A DNA stretch of 42,952 bases, taken from the NCBI GenBank assembly GCA_043812195.1, contig JBDRML010000004.1, positions 1 through 42,952 on the forward strand, read 5' to 3'. The notes below the pieces were generated by a model. The model saw nothing but the letters and a program-made list of their open reading frames with translations. It was not told the origin of the DNA and did not search any database. Position 1 is the stretch's first letter. Each line of letters begins with the position of its first letter. Of the stretch, positions 38,501-42,952 are shown piece by piece. This DNA comes from Candidatus Woesearchaeota archaeon (GTDB lineage Archaea > Nanobdellota > Nanobdellia > SCGC-AAA011-G17 > PNOQ01). A program made the position numbers and the translations under genes.

Positions 38501-38640
38501 ATTTTTCCAGAGGTGTATGGTGGGCCTTGTAAGAAATAGAATGGCTTTTTGCCTTTATTTTGATCTTTTACTTTCTTGTAAATTTGATTCTTTTTCCAGA
38601 ATTCTACTATTTCTTCTTCTGTCTTTTTTGCTTCATACAT
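35587..38640 (-). CDS. ileS: Isoleucyl-tRNA synthetase (archaeal/eukaryote type)
   Basis: GPPY..G.IHIG, WSTTPWTLP.N, GTGLVHTAPG, RFWGTPLP, KMSKS, EGYARE. Confidence 0.95.
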   Translation of the reverse strand: MYEAKKTEEEIVEFWKKNQIYKKVKDQNKGKKPFYFLQGPPYTSGKIHIGQAWNNSLKDFVLRYKRMKGYDVWDRAGYDMHGLPTESKVMKKLGFKFKDEIVKYGIEKFIKECINFSVEHAHLMNDDLFRLGIWMDYENAYMPIDDYWMESVWWLVKQAHDKKRLYEGDKTITWCAHCETALAKHECEYKVISDKSIFVKFKVKGTKNEYLLIWSTTPWTLPLNLAIMVNPEFTYVKAKVEDEVYIIAKELADPVIKNILKKDYKILKEIKGEELEGIEYEHPLGKEIKDYKKLKAKHPKVHTVVLSNEHVTLEAGTGLVHTAPGCGPEDYEIGYKNNIPPYNPLDERGIFPDNFGSMSKWVAKVDDSKFIQKMTEEGMIIGTQTVEHDYAHCERCHTPVIYRATKQWFFKIEDLKERMLELNKSISWVPDSTNNAFNLWLGNLRDNSITKQRFWGTPLPIWKCKKCGEYTVIESKDELSRKAGKTPENLHKPWIDEITIDCKCGEKQERIPDVMDVWIDSGVASWACLYYPKQKDNFEKLFPADFILEAREQARLWYSMLMICSTLALNKSPFKSVYNHGMITDVEGVKMSKSLGNVISPYEVTDKYGADTLRFYMCSTNAGEDINFSWDEVKQKYKSLMILWNVHQYLIDYCKTFKVNPTKEQVPELEEKYILSKLNRTIKKVTELFEFYHLDEIPSEIEKLFLELSREYIQSTREKVTEKPELVLSTIYKVMLETIKMLAPVTPFISEKIYQNFKKEFKLENETISQYSWPKENKELINEKLEEQMEIAQKIIQAGLSTREKAKKGVRWPLRQIKVISKNPEVERTIKSLGDLIKLKLNIKGIELLKEYKYEKVEIVPNKGKIGKDFKQDAKKIIEKITDSVIQEIRKNNRTFVDKFELTTDHITVKEILPENLTMERFDLGQVILVTETDKELEAEGYARELARRIQDLRKKFKLKKQDKIKLAIHSFYDISKWKDYLQEKTGAETLDLKDKKYSHSETANIKDQKFEIYIEF

Positions 38641-38818
38641 TCTTAATTTCCTTTAACTTTTGATAGTTTATATAGATTATCATTAAAACTGCCTTTGAGA
38701 GCATATTTAGCTCTAACTAAATAATAATAGAAATGATTATTGTGCTTGATTTCATGTTTTTTATTGGTTTTAAGTGGTTTAAATAGGTTTTGAATTATTT
38801 TTTGATACTTTAATAATT

Positions 38819-39877
38819 TTATGGTTTTAGTTCTATGGGAAATAAATCATCGAACATCTTGAATTTGTATCTTAAATCATGCCCTGCTTCGTCCCTGTAT
38901 ATATTTTCTACATCAATTGCAGGTCGTTCTCCATAATCAGACCCAGATAAACCAACTAAATATCCGCGAGCATGACCAAGTAATTCGTGTGTTAAAATAA
39001 TAGTTGGGGTGAATAATATATTTTTTCCATTAGCACCAAGAGGAGCATATTCCTTTTCACAGTATAAATTAACCCATACTTCATTTGCATCGTTAACGCT
39101 TACTAATTTACCATCTTCATCAAGTTGAACTTCTCCTACTCCAAATAAACTTTCTGAAAATTTATATTCTGGTAAAACCAATTTCTTTTTTGGAATAAAA
39201 TTTCCAAATTCAGGTGAACCCTTTTCAAATAAATACAATTCTACTACTTCTGGATGTTCAACAACCTCTTTTAAAAAAGAAAAAGTTTCTTGAAATTTAC
39301 CATTATATTCTTGTGTCAATTCTAAAAATACTCCTTCATTATATCCCCTTATTGTAATATACTTTGAACCACCTATAAGTTTAGAAAAAGTTTTAGAAAT
39401 AAGACGAAGTTCTTCAACGTTATTTGTCATTATTTGTATTTTCTTTCCACTCGGATCCACATACTTCAAAGGATTATTTCCAACATAAGCATAAGGACTT
39501 ATTCCAAAATCAAATATAGGATCCACAGAAATAAATCTAGAAATTAAAGGATCATAATATCTAGCACCATAATAATACAAATCTTCATCCTCTTCCTGTC
39601 CTGTAAACTTATAATTATTATCTAATCCTTCTTTACTTCCTTTCTCACTATAATCCTCTCCAAATGGATATTGAACATTTTTAGAAATAATGTCTCCATC
39701 TTCATCACTTATTATTTTATTACTTCCTAAAAAATCTTGATTATAATACGTAATATCATCTCCTTCTTTACTAGCAACTAATCCATCGCCACCATAAATA
39801 TAGATTTTTTCATTATTAGCAAAAGAGAGAGGCATAGCAATAACTAATAATATTAAGAAAATCACACTCTTTTTCAT
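38819..39877 (-). CDS. Miniature secreted Rhs-core protein with C-terminal HExxxH metallopeptidase-like domain
   Basis: Signal peptide; DFLGS..YPFGE..FTGQE..LYYYGARYYDP..RFIS.DP..PYAYV.NNP..YVDPSG; tail THELLGH...E..AI.VEN..R. Confidence 0.88.
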   Translation of the reverse strand: MKKSVIFLILLVIAMPLSFANNEKIYIYGGDGLVASKEGDDITYYNQDFLGSNKIISDEDGDIISKNVQYPFGEDYSEKGSKEGLDNNYKFTGQEEDEDLYYYGARYYDPLISRFISVDPIFDFGISPYAYVGNNPLKYVDPSGKKIQIMTNNVEELRLISKTFSKLIGGSKYITIRGYNEGVFLELTQEYNGKFQETFSFLKEVVEHPEVVELYLFEKGSPEFGNFIPKKKLVLPEYKFSESLFGVGEVQLDEDGKLVSVNDANEVWVNLYCEKEYAPLGANGKNILFTPTIILTHELLGHARGYLVGLSGSDYGERPAIDVENIYRDEAGHDLRYKFKMFDDLFPIELKP

Positions 39878-41149
39878 AATGTTATTAAAATTCTAAGGTA
39901 TTTAAATGTTGTTTTTATAAGTAACCGTTTAGCTGCTTAGGGTTTGCCTAAGCATTCTAAAGGTATTTAGTCCTCTCAGTTTCCATGTTGCTAATACAGA
40001 CATTACGGTTTCCTTGATTCTTATTCCTTTTTCATTCCATAAAGAGCTTATCTTTCTTTGTACAACTATTTCTCTTAATGCGTTCTCTGCTTTGTTATTG
40101 GTCGGCTCTATCTCTGGATGCAGTATGCAGGTAAACCAATGCTCTAATCCATTTTCTATTGTAACAGCGAATTTCTTTAGTTTATTGCATGCTTTGCATA
40201 TGCTTATCCAGATAATCATTTCATTCATACTCCAATCATAAGTTTCTTTTCTTATTCTGTTTGACGTATTCAATGTAATTTTCTTTATCTTTTTGAATAT
40301 TCTGCATAAGCCTTCATATACTAATACTGCTGCTCCTTTGTATTGCTGGGCATAGTATTTAGCTTCTCTTAGTAAATGAGCCCAGCATCTTTGTATTTTA
40401 TTTGTGCATTTAGGATAGGATTTTAATCCATCGCAAGTTATTATTCCTTCATAATTATTTCCTAATGCTTCCTCTAAGGTTTTATAGCCTCTGCTTTTTC
40501 TTATAAGAAATAAGACAGAGCTTAGTGTGACAAATACCCATGTCCAAAAGTTATTTCCCTGCACTTTAATGCCTGTTTCATCTGCATTAGTCTGTGCAGA
40601 TGAAATTACTTCCTGCTTTATTGCATTGAATATTGGTTGAAGATTATCTGATACTCTTCTTGTAATGTCTAATATACTAGCAGGAGTTAATTCTAAGCCG
40701 TATCTTCTGTTTAGATTATCTGATATCTTCCTATGCGGCAGTCTGTCTTCATATTTCATTAAGGTTATCTCTGACTGCAGATTTGGACCAAATCTTCCTT
40801 CATCAGGCAGTTCGGGATCTGTTGGAATTACTTCCTTATTGCAGTTATTGCAGAAGTAATGCGGTATTGTAAATTGTGTGATTTTTAATGGCAGAAGGTC
40901 TGGTATGTCTTCTATAATCTTTCTTTTAATGTGCCTTGGTCTTCCAAGTCTCTTATTGCAATCAGGGCATTTAGCTAATTTAAGCTCCTTAAATCTATTT
41001 GGTTCAGGGGTCTTTCTTGTGGTTCCCTTATGGCCTATAGGAGCCCCTATTTTGTTATTGGAGCTCTCTCTTTTAGGATATCTTCTTTGTAAAGAAGGAG
41101 GGGTATTATAATTTTCATATATTAGAATCCTCTTCTTTAAATCTTCTAT

Positions 41150-41267
41150 TGAATAAGTCCGAAATCACTTTACACTTCTAGAGTATATATTTACTATTTA
41201 AAGTTTATAAATAAATATGCTTAGGAGAGATAATCTATTTGTAAACTAATAACGGTCCTGATGCACA
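41150..41267. mobile_element. About 118-bp non-autonomous derivative of the IS481 element
   Basis: Left end shares 20 bp exactly with 41310-41329; right end shares ATTTGTAAACTAAT with 42225-42238. Confidence 0.7.
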
Positions 41268-41324
41268 TTCTTATCGTCGTAAATGAGTATAAGACCGAAA
41301 TCTGTTCACAAGTCCGAAATCACT

Positions 41325-42188
41325 TTACAAGTTTTCCCGATAGATTTCCTCTGGAGTTCTGTAGCCTAATGAATAATGAATTCTTTTTTCATTATACCAT
41401 TTAACAAAATCTTGGAGACTTTCTTCTGGGTGCTTCTTGAATCTCTTCTTCATAGTATCAAACCATTTTTCCATCTTACCATTGGTTTGAGGATGGTTTC
41501 TTCTTGATGTCCAGAATTCAATCCCTAATTCAGTTAATTCCTGTTCAAATAAACTAGGAGTTAGCTCTCCTTTCTTATTCTTAGTAGCATTGTAAAACTG
41601 TGTTCCTTTATCACTAAGCACTATTACAGGACAAACCTGATTAATCAATATTGCTTGGCGCAATAAGAATATGGTATTCTTTTCAGTAGCTTGATTAAAC
41701 TCTCCTGCAGCCATTACTTTTCTGCTTCTATCGTCTGTAAATACACAAAACCATTTGCTTTTGTAGAAGCTCCAGTCACAGTGCCACATGTAATTTGATA
41801 TTGGCCATTCATAACGAACATAATTTCTTTGCCCTCTTCTTTTGGGGCAAGGATCTGTTAGTTTTTCTTCATCTAATATTCGTTGAATCTGTCTCTGAGA
41901 AACTGAATATCCTTCCTTTTTAATTACAAAATGTATTTTATCTTTTCCATAATCTGTTTCTTTTCTTATTTCTATTACTTTGTTTCTAAACCCTGAATTA
42001 ATTGATAGCTTAGGCCTTCCTGCTTTATTAGCTTGATATGCCTTTGATTTCTGTTGTTTATATCTCTTAGTTAGTTCATATACCCATTGTCTGCTGATAT
42101 TCTGTATCTTTGCTATAGATTCAGCGCTTCTACCTGTTCTAAATTGTTTTATAATCCATTTTCTCTTCTTTTCATTTAGTTTATTCAT
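41325..42188 (-). CDS. IS481-family DDE transposase
   Basis: N-terminal HTH, WHCDW, SDKG.QF, PQTNGKMEKW, YN..R.H.SL...TP; GGTGA SD precedes ATG 42188 (ORF track starts at 42200). Confidence 0.92.
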   Translation of the reverse strand: MNKLNEKKRKWIIKQFRTGRSAESIAKIQNISRQWVYELTKRYKQQKSKAYQANKAGRPKLSINSGFRNKVIEIRKETDYGKDKIHFVIKKEGYSVSQRQIQRILDEEKLTDPCPKRRGQRNYVRYEWPISNYMWHCDWSFYKSKWFCVFTDDRSRKVMAAGEFNQATEKNTIFLLRQAILINQVCPVIVLSDKGTQFYNATKNKKGELTPSLFEQELTELGIEFWTSRRNHPQTNGKMEKWFDTMKKRFKKHPEESLQDFVKWYNEKRIHYSLGYRTPEEIYRENL

Positions 42189-42430
42189 AAAAATCACCAA
42201 GAAGAGAAATAACTAGAAAGTTAAATTTGTAAACTAATTACGTACTTGTACACTTTAAATCTTCTATCTCTTTAACTAGAACTTCAAAGAAGGGTTTACA
42301 TTTCTCACATACATCTTTAGGGATTTCCATTCGTTCCTCATCTTCAACCCCTAATTATTCTAATAAGAACTAATATTTCTATTTTGTGGTACTAGCTAAA
42401 CGGTTACTTTTATAAAGTTATGATTGGTTA

Positions 42431-42826
42431 CTAAATCTTTATCCAGGGTAATTTTTTGTACTTTTTCGGATTTAATTTATTTAACATATTATAGGACAGT
42501 AATATAATAACAATACTCCAGATTCCCTCAAGAGAAAGTGTATAAAAATAATTTAAAGTAATGCTTCTAATTATTAAGGCCAAAAGATTCATGACAATAA
42601 CAAAAATATAAACCCATTTCATTCTTTTATATAAAGAATAAATAACAAAAGAACCAAAGACAATGTAGACTATTCCAAGTAAAGTAGTTAGATTTCCAAA
42701 ATTATATTCAGATAATATGTTCCAAATAATTCCAATAACTACAAGCGCCATCAAAACGTAATTAATAATATAATTATTCTTCCTATTTTTGTTCTTGATC
42801 TTCTTTTTTTTAGATCTGTTTCGCAT
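42431..42826 (-). CDS. Small 4-TM membrane protein
   Basis: Basic N-terminus, four hydrophobic segments. Confidence 0.65.
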   Translation of the reverse strand: MRNRSKKKKIKNKNRKNNYIINYVLMALVVIGIIWNILSEYNFGNLTTLLGIVYIVFGSFVIYSLYKRMKWVYIFVIVMNLLALIIRSITLNYFYTLSLEGIWSIVIILLSYNMLNKLNPKKYKKLPWIKI

Positions 42827-42952
42827 AAAAATTTATTAAAATTATATTATATAAAATTATCTATCTCTATTTTTGAATTTTCCTTGCCAACCACTGGCAT
42901 AAGGCTTATAAATCTGCAGAGATTACTGTTAAATTATGTGGAGTGAAAAGTA

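Larger units (their letters stand above)
41150..42252 (-). mobile_element. IS481-family insertion (IS plus MITE-like satellite) with 15-bp target duplication
   Basis: CTTTAAATCTTCTAT at 41135-41149 and 42253-42267; imperfect 25-bp TIRs TGAATAAGTCCGAAATCACTTTACA / TGTACAAGTACGTAATTAGTTTACA. Confidence 0.9.
39929..42330 (-). pseudogene. IS66 transposase split after codon 26 (42330-42253 joined to 41134-39929; 427 aa reconstructed)
   Basis: N.NTPPS, GAP.GH.G, CPDC/CNNC, ADETG, QRCWAHLLR, PTNN.AE.ALR; frame open apart from the insertion. Confidence 0.9.
39921..42407 (-). mobile_element. IS66-family element (single-ORF, ISBst12-like), interrupted
   Basis: 14-bp perfect TIR GTAACCGTTTAGCT (39921-39934 / 42394-42407); 8-bp TSD TTTTATAA (39913-39920 / 42408-42415); 1369 bp once the insert is removed. 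Confidence 0.95.

Noticed and set aside
38480-38530. IleRS HIGQ instead of HIGH
   Set aside because: The fourth position of this motif varies among archaeal-type IleRS; not evidence of altered function on its own
38699-38719. GAGCATATTTAGCTCTAACTA resembles pieces flanking cassette 3 (9323-9333 and 9841-9851); overlaps a 37-aa minus-strand ORF
   Set aside because: Two 11-mer matches in AT-rich DNA are plausible by chance and the GC-rich core of the att motif is absent
40878-41111. Plus-strand ORFs over the IS66 region and other short ORFs antisense to long genes (e.g. 721-948, 10026-10457, 30837-31430, 33476-33922)
   Set aside because: Shadow frames of well-supported opposite-strand genes

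Overview
A very AT-rich archaeal chromosomal segment, most consistent with a DPANN lineage (Woesearchaeota/Pacearchaeota-like; inferred from TBP, MCM, Topo VI, aIF-1A/aIF-2beta, class III pilins and compact leader-poor genes). Left to right it holds: a secreted TSP3/CARDB protein; Elp3 head-to-head with a Trm9-like methyltransferase; a bacterial AccB-like protein lacking the biotin lysine; several hypotheticals; a tRNA-Gln/tRNA-Glu pair followed by at least three short gene cassettes, each closed by a dyad-symmetric copy of the tRNA-Glu 3' end, with no integrase in view; a type IV pilus locus bracketed by two paralogous pilins; a split MetRS; a tRNA-Ile(GAU) interrupted by three introns; tRNA-Asn; Topo VI; a translation/replication cluster including an intein-bearing MCM; TBP; IleRS; a miniature secreted Rhs protein with an HExxxH tip; and an IS66 element interrupted by an IS481-family element plus a MITE-like satellite. 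The strongest candidates for undescribed biology are the tRNA-Glu-anchored cassette array, the triple-intron tRNA-Ile, the lysine-less BCCP and the mini-Rhs. All family calls come from motif recognition by eye; no database searches were run.
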